Virus record (IMG/VR): IMGVR_UViG_3300045988_183062
Span: 14,512 to 78,511 of that record
Reading direction: 5' to 3' (one strand)
Length of the DNA: 64,000 bases
Source: a virus
How positions within the stretch are numbered: position 1 is the stretch's first letter; every line of letters begins with the position of its first letter. Positions 30,078 through 39,469 of this stretch are shown piece by piece. A program made the position numbers and the translations under genes. Under the pieces are notes generated by a model. It searched no databases, had not been told where the DNA came from, and was given only the letters and a program-made list of their open reading frames with translations.

Positions 30078-30584
30078 GTGACAACCGCAAAAAGAGTCAC
30101 AAGCCTTTCTGCAGCACTGTTGCTGGCAGCTCAGTTATTTGCTCCTTTTCTGCCTGCTGCTTATGCCGATGACGCGAAAGAAGCGGCAGAGCCCTTCATC
30201 GCAACGGCAGAGACTGCGATACAAAGCAATTCATCAGCAGATGAAGAGGAAGACATCTCGATTGAAAACGAAGATGGGGCCACGGCAGATTTCTTTGCCT
30301 GCATTAACGGCGACTGGGTAAAGGTAGGAAGTACAACGGACCTGCAAGGGCCCGAACATCTGGCTGGGCGAGAACGCTACTATCTGTCGGCCGAGCAACT
30401 GGAAGAAGTCTACGCGCCGTTTGGCTTTGATGCCGAGTCATTCTCAGGCGAGGAATACATCAACCAGGATGTGCTGGCAGCCTACAAAAAAGATTCTGCG
30501 GCGTATAAAGTGCTGGCGCTGACTACCTGCGCTTCGGATTACTCAAATGCTCGAACGGTCATCATTACTCTAATTCAAGAATGA
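30078..30584 (+). CDS. Secreted hypothetical protein (signal peptide)
   Basis: N-terminus LSAALLLAAQLFAPFLPAAYA; GTG/ATG start; RBS AAAGGGGTG. Confidence 0.5.
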   Translation: MTTAKRVTSLSAALLLAAQLFAPFLPAAYADDAKEAAEPFIATAETAIQSNSSADEEEDISIENEDGATADFFACINGDWVKVGSTTDLQGPEHLAGRERYYLSAEQLEEVYAPFGFDAESFSGEEYINQDVLAAYKKDSAAYKVLALTTCASDYSNARTVIITLIQE

Positions 30585-30725
30585 GTTGAACTTAAAAGTG
30601 CATCTCATTTCCAAAAAGATAGGAAAGCAGGCACATTTTGGGGTTGAGTTCCACAAACTGGGGCCTAAAAGTTGAACTTGTAACGGAACCGGCATACTAA
30701 ATGTGCCATAATTTTGTATTATATC

Positions 30726-30754
30726 TTGATTTTATATACCACATGTGGTATAAT
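30726..30754 (+). promoter_or_regulatory. Strong sigma70 promoter TTGATT-17-TGgTATAAT with embedded perfect 16-bp palindrome ATACCACATGTGGTAT (operator)
   Basis: Consensus hexamers, extended -10, palindrome occupies the spacer/-10. Confidence 0.7.
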
Positions 30755-30760
30755 ACAATA

Positions 30761-30973
30761 TAGAGAGCAAGGACAAAGACCCGACGGTGCTGTCGATGGC
30801 AGCCACGTAAACCGGGGCAGGGTATAGTGCCTGAGTTCTCACAAACTTTGCCGTCCCTCTCCGACGGTTCTATCTGCTTCCATGCAGTCACCTCGTTCCT
30901 TACATCCTTTCTTTATCCTTTCTTACGGACCCCGCTGCTTTCCCCGCAAAGAGCAGCGGGGGTTCTTTTTTGT
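30761..30973 (+). ncRNA. Candidate ~210-nt small RNA of unknown class (own promoter and intrinsic terminator, no credible ORF)
   Basis: Promoter at 30726-30754; terminator hairpin ccccgctgc..gcagcgggg + TTCTTTTTTG at 30929-30973; CU-rich 3' half (UCACCUCGUUCCUUACAUCCUUUCUUUAUCCUUUCUU) resembling anti-SD-type sRNA seed. Confidence 0.5.
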
Positions 30974-30989
30974 TCATCGAAATAATGTC

Positions 30990-31030
30990 TTGTGCATTCG
31001 TGCGAATTGCGTAGAATTAAAATTGTACAA
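30990..31030 (+). promoter_or_regulatory. Conserved-family promoter copy a (TTGTGC-16[..GTGCGAATTGCG]-TAGAAT)
   Basis: Member of 8-copy element family, see findings. Confidence 0.6.
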
Positions 31031-31261
31031 GCGGAATTGGGTTCCGGTGGGTCTTAACCTCTTCCTGCCGGTGTTTACGGTGTTGTTTTCTCTCACTCTT
31101 ACATGTTGTGTGGTCCGCTTGTATTCACCCCATCGGCTTTTTCCTGGGCCGGTGGTTCATATAAAAGGCTGTGGTTGCTTTTGCTTCCGCAGCTTTTTTG
31201 TTTGTATTCGCGCCTGCACAAAAGACAGGCATTGGTTGTGATGAGCGAAAGGAGTATGAAT

Positions 31262-32947
31262 ATGGCGCTTATCATCGGGATTGTAGCAGTCCTTATTATC
31301 ATCTTCGGCTTTCTGTGCTACAAGAAGGCCCCTCCGACGGAGGCTATCGTCGTGACCGGCTTTGGGTTGTCAAAGCCCAAAGTAGTATCCGGTAAAGGCA
31401 CGTTTGTGCTTCCTGTCTTGCAACGAGCAGACAAACTGAACATGCGGCTTCTGAAGATTGATGTCAAGACCCCGGAAACAGGCGTTAAGACTCAGAATGG
31501 TGTCAGCCTTTGGATTGATTCTGTTGTGACGATTCAGGTTTACAGTGAGAACTCCACTGTGTTGGACGATGAGGTCAAAGCATCTGGTCTGAAGGACGCC
31601 AAGGCGTATATCATGTCCCGCCAGCAGGCAGCTATCTCGAACTTCTTGGGCATGAACGAGCAGGGCATCAACGACAAGGTCAATGACGTTCTGCAGGGCA
31701 ACCTGCGTGAGATTGTCTCCGACATGACCGTTGACCAGATTCTGACAAACCGCAAGCAGATGGCACTGAGCGTCATTGAGAACGCTCGTCCAGACCTCGC
31801 CAAGATGGGCCTTGAGGTCGTGACCTTCAATGTTCAAGACATTAGGGACGCGATTGATGCACAGGGCCACAATCACGGTGTCATCGAAGCTATCGGCATC
31901 GAGCAGGAAGAACTGGTGAAGAAGCAGGCTGAGATTGCTCGTGCCCAGGCTGCTCGCGATGTGGCATGTGCCAAAGCAGATGCTGAGATGGCAGCGAACG
32001 CCAAGGAAGTTGAAGCCCAGACCGCTATCGCACAGCGCAACAACGAGTTGCAGCTTGCCAAGGCAAAGCTGAAGGCAGAAGCTGACAAGGCTGCGGCCGA
32101 CGCAGATGCTGCCGGTCGTATCCAGATGAACCTCCGTGCCAAGGAAATCAAAGAAGCTGAGGCTGACGCAGAGATTGCCAAGCAGAAAAAGATGGTTGAC
32201 CTTGCTGCGCAGGAAGCAGAAGTTCAGCAGCGTAAGTTGGACGCAGAAGTTCGTAAACAGGCTGATGCAGACCTGTACCGCCGTCAGAAAGAGGCGGAGG
32301 CCAAGAAGTACGAGGCTGAGCGTGCGGCCGAGGCTACCAAGTTCGCCAAGCAGCAGGAGGCAGAAGGCATCGAGATGGTCGGTAAAGCTGAGGCTGAAGC
32401 CATTCGCCAGAAAGGTCTGGCAGAGGCCGAAGCCATGAAACAGAAAGCCGAAGCCTACAAACAGTACAACGATGCGGCCGTGGCTGAAATGCTCATTAAG
32501 GTTCTGCCCGACATCGCCAAGAGCGTGGCTCAGCCGCTGTCCAGCATCGACAAGGTCTCCATCATCGGCGGCGATGCCTCCGGCGTATCCGGCGTTTCCG
32601 GTAACGTCCCGGTGCTCATGGCACAGACCATGCAGACGGTGAAGGAAGCCACCGGCATTGATATGGGCGAGATTGTTCGCGCCAATAGCATCCAGGCCAA
32701 GACGGACCGCAACATCCATATCGATGGTGTGGAGTTGGACGAGCCGAAAACTCACATCACCTCCGAGCGTGTCGAAGATGGTTGGATGTTCCATGAGAAG
32801 GACCCCATCACCGGTGAGGACAAAACTTCTTTCCGTCCCGATTTTACGGACGAGGAAAAGGCCATCATAGATGCTCACGCCAAGGCAGCTGAGAATCATG
32901 CTACCACCAACAAAACCAATCCGTATAAAAAGGGCTTCAATAAATAA
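31262..32947 (+). CDS. Flotillin/SPFH (band-7) domain membrane protein with long Ala/Glu/Lys-rich coiled coil
   Basis: RBS AAAGGAG before ATG 31262; N-terminal TM then SPFH-like core; EA-repeat coiled-coil typical of FloT/YuaG. Confidence 0.7.
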   Translation: MALIIGIVAVLIIIFGFLCYKKAPPTEAIVVTGFGLSKPKVVSGKGTFVLPVLQRADKLNMRLLKIDVKTPETGVKTQNGVSLWIDSVVTIQVYSENSTVLDDEVKASGLKDAKAYIMSRQQAAISNFLGMNEQGINDKVNDVLQGNLREIVSDMTVDQILTNRKQMALSVIENARPDLAKMGLEVVTFNVQDIRDAIDAQGHNHGVIEAIGIEQEELVKKQAEIARAQAARDVACAKADAEMAANAKEVEAQTAIAQRNNELQLAKAKLKAEADKAAADADAAGRIQMNLRAKEIKEAEADAEIAKQKKMVDLAAQEAEVQQRKLDAEVRKQADADLYRRQKEAEAKKYEAERAAEATKFAKQQEAEGIEMVGKAEAEAIRQKGLAEAEAMKQKAEAYKQYNDAAVAEMLIKVLPDIAKSVAQPLSSIDKVSIIGGDASGVSGVSGNVPVLMAQTMQTVKEATGIDMGEIVRANSIQAKTDRNIHIDGVELDEPKTHITSERVEDGWMFHEKDPITGEDKTSFRPDFTDEEKAIIDAHAKAAENHATTNKTNPYKKGFNK

Positions 32948-32989
32948 CTGAAGTTCTTTCACACAGTCCCTGCGGGGGCTGTTGCCGCT

Positions 32990-33030
32990 TTAAGAAGACA
33001 GCCTCCACGGGGCGAGCGGCGGGCAACGGG
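32990..33030 (+). repeat. GC-rich structured intergenic repeat, copy 1 (GCCTCCACGGGGCGAGCGGCGGGCAACGG)
   Basis: About 80% identical to 35530-35570; embedded in inverted-repeat hairpins, no T-run. Confidence 0.5.
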
Positions 33031-33080
33031 AAAGGCTCCTGGCGAATAGTCTTCAGAACGAAAAAGAAGGGGAGAAAGCC

Positions 33081-33479
33081 ATGAAAACACAACAGGTCCC
33101 AAACTCTCCCTATTTCATCCATTACGACGATAACGGTTATTACAATGTATCCAAAGATAAGGATGGCAAAGAGCCAATTCCGGAGTCTGAGATGCAAGAG
33201 TTTCTCAGCGCGGTCGCCAATGGTTTGCTCTACATCGAGCAGGAACGAAAGAACAGATACCAGCGTATTGACGAAGCGGAAAAAGCTGCTTTTGCCAGAG
33301 GAGAAGCGAAAGGCAGAGAGGATAAACTCATTGCCACGGTCAAGACGTTGGAGGAAAAACAAGCATTAAGGGAAGAGCAAGAGCGTAAGGCAGACTACGA
33401 AGCGTATACTCATTCTCCGTATTACTGGGGGACAAGGACAGAGTGGGTTCGCCTTTCTCGTGGAGGATGGTGTGATTAA
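33081..33479 (+). CDS. Hypothetical protein
   Basis: RBS GAAGGGGAG. Confidence 0.5.
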   Translation: MKTQQVPNSPYFIHYDDNGYYNVSKDKDGKEPIPESEMQEFLSAVANGLLYIEQERKNRYQRIDEAEKAAFARGEAKGREDKLIATVKTLEEKQALREEQERKADYEAYTHSPYYWGTRTEWVRLSRGGWCD

Positions 33480-33480
33480 C

Positions 33481-33819
33481 ATGATGGGAAGCATTCCAAT
33501 TCCGAACACCAGATTTTATCTAACCAGCGTTGACGGTAAGAAATGGTTTATAACAGAATATTACAGGACTGCACCATTCAATCCTGCAAAAGAAACATAC
33601 GATTTATACAAAGCGTTTGCGGAAGCGTTCCGAGAAAACGAGAGAGAAGAGCAGAAATTTTCCGAGGAACTTAAAGAGGCAGCGAAGAAAGCCTACGCCA
33701 AAGGTTTGTCTGCAGGACGGCACAGCCATCTGTTAGCACCTGCGAGTTTGAGTGAAGGCAGACCGGGACGGGAGCAATATGATGGATTCTATGCGTGGTA
33801 TGCTGCGCATGGGAGGTAA
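33481..33819 (+). CDS. Hypothetical protein
   Basis: ATG 2 nt after previous stop. Confidence 0.45.
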   Translation: MMGSIPIPNTRFYLTSVDGKKWFITEYYRTAPFNPAKETYDLYKAFAEAFRENEREEQKFSEELKEAAKKAYAKGLSAGRHSHLLAPASLSEGRPGREQYDGFYAWYAAHGR

Positions 33820-33823
33820 CGAT

Positions 33824-34399
33824 ATGAAAAAGAAAACGAAAGCAGTGATGCAGATACTTCTCATGCTGGTGATGGCGATTCTGTTTGCATTCGTACCGAT
33901 TTCCTATATGCAGCAGGTTATCAGAACGAACCTGGCTACGGTTGAGCCTTCTCAATTGGAGCAATATGTGAAGAAGCCCATTGCGCTTGACTCTGAAGAC
34001 TATAACATTGTATCCAACATCATTATGTGGGAGCGGCATCAGGCTACAAGCGATGAGCTATCCGGCGATTACGTGACAGCTTTCTATCCGATAAAGGTAT
34101 ACACCAAAAGTGGTGATGATTACATCATCGCGGCCGAGTTTGATGATAGCGAAAAAGGCTCCTATATCTATAGTCATGCTCCTATTAAAGGCAATATCCT
34201 GGCAGTACCGGCAGAACACCTGGAGGAATATCAGGAAGCAATTGGAGACATGAACGCATATCCGTACTATATCAGCGTAGACAGCAGCTCAGACGCCGAG
34301 AATTTTTGGGCATCGTTTCTGTGCGGATTCCTTTCACTGCTGTCTGCAACAAGCGCAGTTCTGCTAATCAAAATGCAAATGGAGGGGGCAAACAACTAA
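33824..34399 (+). CDS. Membrane/secreted hypothetical protein
   Basis: RBS GGGAGG 7 nt before ATG; N-terminal hydrophobic helix, C-terminal TM. Confidence 0.55.
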   Translation: MKKKTKAVMQILLMLVMAILFAFVPISYMQQVIRTNLATVEPSQLEQYVKKPIALDSEDYNIVSNIIMWERHQATSDELSGDYVTAFYPIKVYTKSGDDYIIAAEFDDSEKGSYIYSHAPIKGNILAVPAEHLEEYQEAIGDMNAYPYYISVDSSSDAENFWASFLCGFLSLLSATSAVLLIKMQMEGANN

Positions 34400-34929
34400 T
34401 GGGGTGGTATCACGTAAACAACACCGGGAAAGGCATTACCCTTGGAGACGGTGAGGAAGTCCATTACAACGAGGATTATCTGGCAAAATACGCTCCGACA
34501 AAAGAAGAAGTTCTCGATTCAGTGCCATCTTTCAAAAATGAAGACCTCAAAGGGTATGAATCCTGGCCGCTGTACATGAAATTCGTTGCGGCAGCCGGTG
34601 ATTGGTACAATCTGCGCCGGGCCAAGGACTACGGAAGTGACTGCTTAAAAGAAGATGCACATATCATCTATGCGAATGCACTGTGCCGTGTTTTTGAAAA
34701 ATGCTACGGTTATCCCGCCGGGAGCTTTTACAGCACCTTTGACTACGATGGCAACACGATGATTTTCTGCGCCATTGATTGGCCGCCGAAAGAGTATAAC
34801 GAAAAGCTCGCCACTCTGACCGAGAAAAAGCTCGAAGCTGAACTACGCGAATTTCTGGTCAACGTCACGGGCAATAAGAGTTATGCAAGACGTAATCTGG
34901 AACTCTGTGAGGAATATATCAAGGAATGA
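34399..34929 (+). CDS. Hypothetical protein
   Basis: TAATG overlap with previous; RBS GGAGGGGG. Confidence 0.5.
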   Translation: MGWYHVNNTGKGITLGDGEEVHYNEDYLAKYAPTKEEVLDSVPSFKNEDLKGYESWPLYMKFVAAAGDWYNLRRAKDYGSDCLKEDAHIIYANALCRVFEKCYGYPAGSFYSTFDYDGNTMIFCAIDWPPKEYNEKLATLTEKKLEAELREFLVNVTGNKSYARRNLELCEEYIKE

Positions 34930-35501
34930 AAAGGATAGAACCTAATATCATTGAAACCAACTACTATACCCTCGTATCTGCCAATGAAGGGGTGGGGAAG
35001 ACGTTCTGGTGTAAGCGCCAGATTGCCAAGGTGCTGCGTACCACCTCAGACCGAATCATTGTCTTTGATGTGACAGGGGAGTACGCAGACTTTGTGTTGG
35101 ACCATGACCGTATCGTTCCAGGTCGTATCCCGATGATTCTGCATCAATATAAGATTACGGACGATAAGCCCGTTGTGGCGCATACCATCGAAGTCGATAT
35201 GGCGATGGGGAAGCAGCCCCAACTTATTGTCCATGATGTGAGCCGAACTATGACCTACACATGGCATAAGGGCGTGCTTGCCATTACCGCATCACTCATT
35301 CATTATCTGGCAGGCAGGGAACACACCAAGACCTGGCTATTTTTGAATCTTGACCCGTATTCCTTTAAGGATGAAAGCGAGCCGTCCTGGACGGTGCTCG
35401 AACGGTTTGTAAAGCAGCATGGGCAGGAGGTAATGCCTGTATTTACATCTCGGAAACTCGGCGTGAAAGAAATCAATCGACGACTAAACATCAAATCTTG
35501 A
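34926..35501 (+). CDS. Small P-loop NTPase (Walker A GVGKT)
   Basis: SANEGVGKTFW; ATGA overlap with previous gene. Confidence 0.5.
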   Translation: MKRIEPNIIETNYYTLVSANEGVGKTFWCKRQIAKVLRTTSDRIIVFDVTGEYADFVLDHDRIVPGRIPMILHQYKITDDKPVVAHTIEVDMAMGKQPQLIVHDVSRTMTYTWHKGVLAITASLIHYLAGREHTKTWLFLNLDPYSFKDESEPSWTVLERFVKQHGQEVMPVFTSRKLGVKEINRRLNIKS

Positions 35502-35529
35502 GCGGGGTTCTCCCCGCAGCTGCCTTTAC

Positions 35530-35570
35530 GCAAAGAGGCCTCCACGAGGCGGGCAGCGGGCAACAGCTAC
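35530..35570 (+). repeat. GC-rich structured intergenic repeat, copy 2 (GCCTCCACGAGGCGGGCAGCGGGCAACAG)
   Basis: See copy 1. Confidence 0.5.
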
Positions 35571-35644
35571 GGCTGGCAGACGACTTTGCACTCTAACAAT
35601 CTATCGGGAAACCGAAAACAAATAACATATTTTGGAGGATATTT

Positions 35645-36532
35645 ATGACTTCTGAACAGGTTCGTATCGCACTCACCGCCAACGCCGTTACCCGCTCGAC
35701 CCGTACCGGCTTCGATTTTGAGGACCCCTGCGGCAAGACGCTGGACGAGTTTACCAAGGGCGCTACGCTTCAGTGCCTGCGTGTTGCCCAGCAGATGCAG
35801 CAGCCGGGCTTTGAAAAGGTATTGGCTGCCCAGATTTTCCCGTGCTATACCATCGCCAACTGGAACCAGACCAAGGTCATCTATGATTTCGGCAAGGATT
35901 TTCTGGAGCTGCTGATGGATACCGATGACCTCACCATCCATCGCGAGGTGCTGGAGCGCCTGCCGTTCAAGAACTTCTATGTGCCTCTGTACAACAGCGT
36001 AGACTACTGCGGCATGTTCGTACATATCGAGTTTGATACAAAGACGGATGACACCTTCGTTGGCATCGTCCTCGTGGGCCCGGTCCAGAACGAAAAGGAG
36101 AACTTCGCGTTCCTGTCTCTGCCCGCTTGGATTAAGGAGGGTCAGAGCCTGACGGAGGCGACTCGCAGCACGAAACAGTACATCGAAAAAGCATCTTCGA
36201 CTCGCGATAAAGATGACATCACTATTCCTGAAACGCTGGACGCTATCCCGTCTGTTTACGGCGAAGGCACGCCCTATGTCCGCCTCGCAATGCTGTGTGC
36301 CTACTACCTTGCCAGCAAAGGCGCGGAGATTCGTCTGGACAGTCCGAAAAAGGACGAGCGTCCTGTCTTTACGTTCAAGGGCCAGACCAAGAAAGTCAAT
36401 ATCAAGACCTTCGTGGTGGGCCATTATCTGATGGAGCGTTACAAGAGGGAAGCAAACGGTAAGGCTCCCACCTGGCGGCACTATTGGTGCGGCAATGGCC
36501 GCGAGCGCCGTGAGTGCAAGTTCTCCTTCTGA
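35645..36532 (+). CDS. Hypothetical protein
   Basis: RBS GGAGGATATTT before ATG. Confidence 0.5.
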   Translation: MTSEQVRIALTANAVTRSTRTGFDFEDPCGKTLDEFTKGATLQCLRVAQQMQQPGFEKVLAAQIFPCYTIANWNQTKVIYDFGKDFLELLMDTDDLTIHREVLERLPFKNFYVPLYNSVDYCGMFVHIEFDTKTDDTFVGIVLVGPVQNEKENFAFLSLPAWIKEGQSLTEATRSTKQYIEKASSTRDKDDITIPETLDAIPSVYGEGTPYVRLAMLCAYYLASKGAEIRLDSPKKDERPVFTFKGQTKKVNIKTFVVGHYLMERYKREANGKAPTWRHYWCGNGRERRECKFSF

Positions 36533-37014
36533 TTCCTATGGGTATCGTTGATATTTGCAGAGTGGCGCTGTTCTCCATAACGGCTATCCTTTTCGCTGCA
36601 AATGGTGTTTATAACTTGTATTTTGGGCGTAAAGCCTTCCAAGAAGTAACCTATTGCTGCGGCAAAAGAAAATACCTATCACCCGAAGATACTCTGAACC
36701 ATACGGTACGAATCCTTGTCATTAGCTGTGTGATTTCAACGGCATTTGCTTTGTTGGCTTTGCGCTTAATTGAAGTCAATAAGGTCGAAGCTCAACTCAT
36801 GCTGAACTACTGTTTAACTGTGTTTGTTTGTTTAGCGTTTGACATTTCGCTGCTGATGGTATCCGCAATTCCTCTTGCATTCGGGAAATTGGCGTCGGTC
36901 CGAAAGGTATTACCCATCTATACAAAGGTTATCTGGGCTGGAAAAGCAGGATGGTGCTTTGTATCTGCTATCGGGTTTACAAAGATGGCGATTCACTATC
37001 TGGCTGCACTGTGA
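36514..37014 (+). CDS. Integral membrane protein (4 predicted TM helices)
   Basis: Hydrophobic segments throughout. Confidence 0.5.
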   Translation: MQVLLLIPMGIVDICRVALFSITAILFAANGVYNLYFGRKAFQEVTYCCGKRKYLSPEDTLNHTVRILVISCVISTAFALLALRLIEVNKVEAQLMLNYCLTVFVCLAFDISLLMVSAIPLAFGKLASVRKVLPIYTKVIWAGKAGWCFVSAIGFTKMAIHYLAAL

Positions 37015-37018
37015 GGGA

Positions 37019-37189
37019 ATGCCTATGGGTACTAAGAACTATGTCGTTGATGACCGCTGCATTGTTCCGCCGGAAATCAAAATGCTGAGCGCTGCCGAAC
37101 TGGCTGAAAAGATTGCGGAGTACGAGCAGGTCTTGCCACCTCTAAAGCATAACGAGGCGGAAATCAAACTACCTATCCATATAGAGTAA
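37019..37189 (+). CDS. Small hypothetical protein
   Basis: RBS GAGGGA before ATG. Confidence 0.35.
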   Translation: MPMGTKNYVVDDRCIVPPEIKMLSAAELAEKIAEYEQVLPPLKHNEAEIKLPIHIE

Positions 37190-37199
37190 AGGAGCTTTT

Positions 37200-38066
37200 A
37201 TGAGCACTGAACTTGTCGCTATTGAGCGCATCATTATCGGGAAAGGCGAGAAGGGTGCCGAGCAGGTACGTAAAGATTTGGCGCGATATTTGCGCCAGTT
37301 CCTCGATACCGCCAGCATCGAGTCCATGAGTCTTAGCGCAATGGTCATCAAACTTGACGGGAAAACTGTTCTGGACATTCACGACAAGACCGGCGGGAAG
37401 GGGCTTGATGGTCTCGATACCAGCTGGCAGCATACGTCCGAAACAGAAGAAGCTGTTTCTGGCATTCTCCGTGATGTGGACGTAGAAGCGTTTCTGTCTT
37501 ACGGCATGATTCACTACTTCAGCCACAGCATCTTCTACGGCTCTGCATTCTGGAGTGATGTCTTGCAGGATTGCGGGGCTGAATCGGTCCGGTATCAGGG
37601 CCTTGAATACTACGACGTGGACAGCCATGTGTCGATGCTGACCTTTGATGGCAAGACGCTGTGCGACAGTCCCGATTATGTGTCGGAAGAAGCGGTAAAG
37701 GACATTCCTTTCTGGTTCTGCTACACCTTCGAGATGGAGCTGGAAGCAGGGGAGACCTTCACCGTTCAGCAGGTCGATAAGATGCTGGCCGCAGTTCAGT
37801 CCGTCAAGAGCGTCTTCGGCCGCGAAGAAGGCGATGCGGCAGATGTAGATGAGGGTTGCCTCTCTATCTGTACAAGTGTCACCCTCAAACCTAACCAGAT
37901 TCAGGACTTTACAGCATTCCTCAAGACAATGCTTGACATTGCAGAAGAGTCCGGCGGCTCGCTCAGCTACACGGCTGAGTTCGTGCCGATTCAGATGGAT
38001 ATTTTCGCCGCCATGATTCTGGACATGGACAAAGATGGTATTATGCCTCGGTTCTTCAAGTTCTAA
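37200..38066 (+). CDS. Hypothetical acidic protein
   Basis: RBS AAAGGAG before ATG 37200. Confidence 0.5.
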   Translation: MSTELVAIERIIIGKGEKGAEQVRKDLARYLRQFLDTASIESMSLSAMVIKLDGKTVLDIHDKTGGKGLDGLDTSWQHTSETEEAVSGILRDVDVEAFLSYGMIHYFSHSIFYGSAFWSDVLQDCGAESVRYQGLEYYDVDSHVSMLTFDGKTLCDSPDYVSEEAVKDIPFWFCYTFEMELEAGETFTVQQVDKMLAAVQSVKSVFGREEGDAADVDEGCLSICTSVTLKPNQIQDFTAFLKTMLDIAEESGGSLSYTAEFVPIQMDIFAAMILDMDKDGIMPRFFKF

Positions 38067-38083
38067 TTCGGATTAGTGATACG

Positions 38084-38117
38084 CAGCCGCTTCCTTCGGG
38101 AGGTGGCTGCTTTTTTC
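38084..38117 (+). terminator. Hairpin + TTTTTTCG terminator
   Basis: gcagcc..ggctgc stem then T-run. Confidence 0.55.
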
Positions 38118-38131
38118 GTATCTGCGAAAAT

Positions 38132-38175
38132 TTGATGATTTGTGCGAATTGCAGATAATAAAAATCAGATACATA
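38132..38175 (+). promoter_or_regulatory. Conserved-family promoter copy b (TTGATG-16[..GTGCGAATTGCA]-GATAAT)
   Basis: See findings. Confidence 0.6.
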
Positions 38176-38194
38176 TTGGGAGGGAGGAAAGAAC

Positions 38195-39469
38195 ATGTTT
38201 CCGTTTTTCAAGAAAAAAGAGCCGGTCAAAGCACCTGAGCCCGACGTGATTCACGAAGATGGTGGCATTTGCATTGCCAATCGCTGGTGGTTTGAGCCAG
38301 AAATAGGAGAACTGTCCTTCAATATGACAGATTCTTCTAAGCACAGGAGCTCGGTCATTTCTATCGTGGGGAGCCACGGTACAGGCAAGAATTTCACCAG
38401 CAAGCTTATTCTCTATCGGCTTTGCAAAGAAGGGGCGCAGGCAACAGTTCTTGTGAGCGGGTTGAGCCGACAGAAATATGGATATATGTGCGACCTGTTG
38501 GGCGGTAAAACCGTTTTCCTTGGCGAAAACGCTCACATCAATTTGTTCGATATACGTAAACCAAACGAGGATAGATGTAAAGGTTCTGTGCTGGAGAGAA
38601 AAATTCGTGAATTGCTGGCTGTGTTTAAGACTCTGATGCCCGGCATTATACCAAAGCAAACTGCTCTTTTGGACATGATGCTGCATGAGGTTTACAAAAA
38701 GAAAGGCATTACGCTTGACAACGCGAGCCTGTTTGTAGAAGGGACAAACCAGTACAAAGAGTTTCCTACCATCGAAGACCTGTACATGACCATTAAACTT
38801 TCAAAAGTGAAAGAGCTTGAAGAATTTGCTGACCGGCTTTCGCTTTTCGTTGACGGTCCCTATGGCTGGTTCAACTACAAGACAGATATTGATTGGGACA
38901 GTCCATTCCTTGTTTTGGACTTTATGGAGTATAAAGGCAAAATCAACAAAGATAACAGCGCCAAAGAATTTATGATGGCTTACTGTTTTGAAATCCTGAG
39001 TGAACGGATGCAAAACGATGCAGACAAAAAAGCCATCTTGTTGTGCGATGTGTTTTTTGGCGAAAGTCAAGACGTTATGAAGTATGGCCCTTATATGCTG
39101 GAGCAAGACACCACGCTGGGCTGGAGTAAATATATTTGCCAGAACGCAATGCTGAACAACTGCACAGTAATTTCCGCAACCAGCGTCTTTAACTATGACG
39201 AGGACCTTGCGTTTCTTCACGAAATTATGCTTGATGCCGATGTTCAGGTATATCACCACATTTGGAGCCATCTAGTTCCAGAGGTGGCAAAAGCATGCCA
39301 TCTTACCAAGAAACAGGCGGAGCTCATTTCTGACCTTACTATTGCTCAAGTCTATATTTTGGCTGACGGTAAATTCATTTGGGGACGGGTAGATGCGAGC
39401 GAAGAAGAATACAAAACGCTTACCGAATATCCTCCTGATATCAGAGTTTATGGGAGAGACTGGCAATGA
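38195..39469 (+). CDS. VirB4/DUF87/HerA-like P-loop ATPase paralog with atypical Walker A (GTGKN) and Walker B (LLCDV)
   Basis: IVGSHGTGKNFTSKL aligns to VirB4 ILGSSGYGKTFTAQL in same window; Lys followed by Asn, DE replaced by DV. Confidence 0.55.
   Translation: MFPFFKKKEPVKAPEPDVIHEDGGICIANRWWFEPEIGELSFNMTDSSKHRSSVISIVGSHGTGKNFTSKLILYRLCKEGAQATVLVSGLSRQKYGYMCDLLGGKTVFLGENAHINLFDIRKPNEDRCKGSVLERKIRELLAVFKTLMPGIIPKQTALLDMMLHEVYKKKGITLDNASLFVEGTNQYKEFPTIEDLYMTIKLSKVKELEEFADRLSLFVDGPYGWFNYKTDIDWDSPFLVLDFMEYKGKINKDNSAKEFMMAYCFEILSERMQNDADKKAILLCDVFFGESQDVMKYGPYMLEQDTTLGWSKYICQNAMLNNCTVISATSVFNYDEDLAFLHEIMLDADVQVYHHIWSHLVPEVAKACHLTKKQAELISDLTIAQVYILADGKFIWGRVDASEEEYKTLTEYPPDIRVYGRDWQ

Noticed and set aside
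30697-30891. 64-aa minus-strand ORF across the sRNA promoter region
   Set aside because: It overlaps a consensus promoter and palindromic operator on the opposite strand, has no RBS and a non-protein-like sequence. The plus-strand promoter-to-terminator unit explains the region better.
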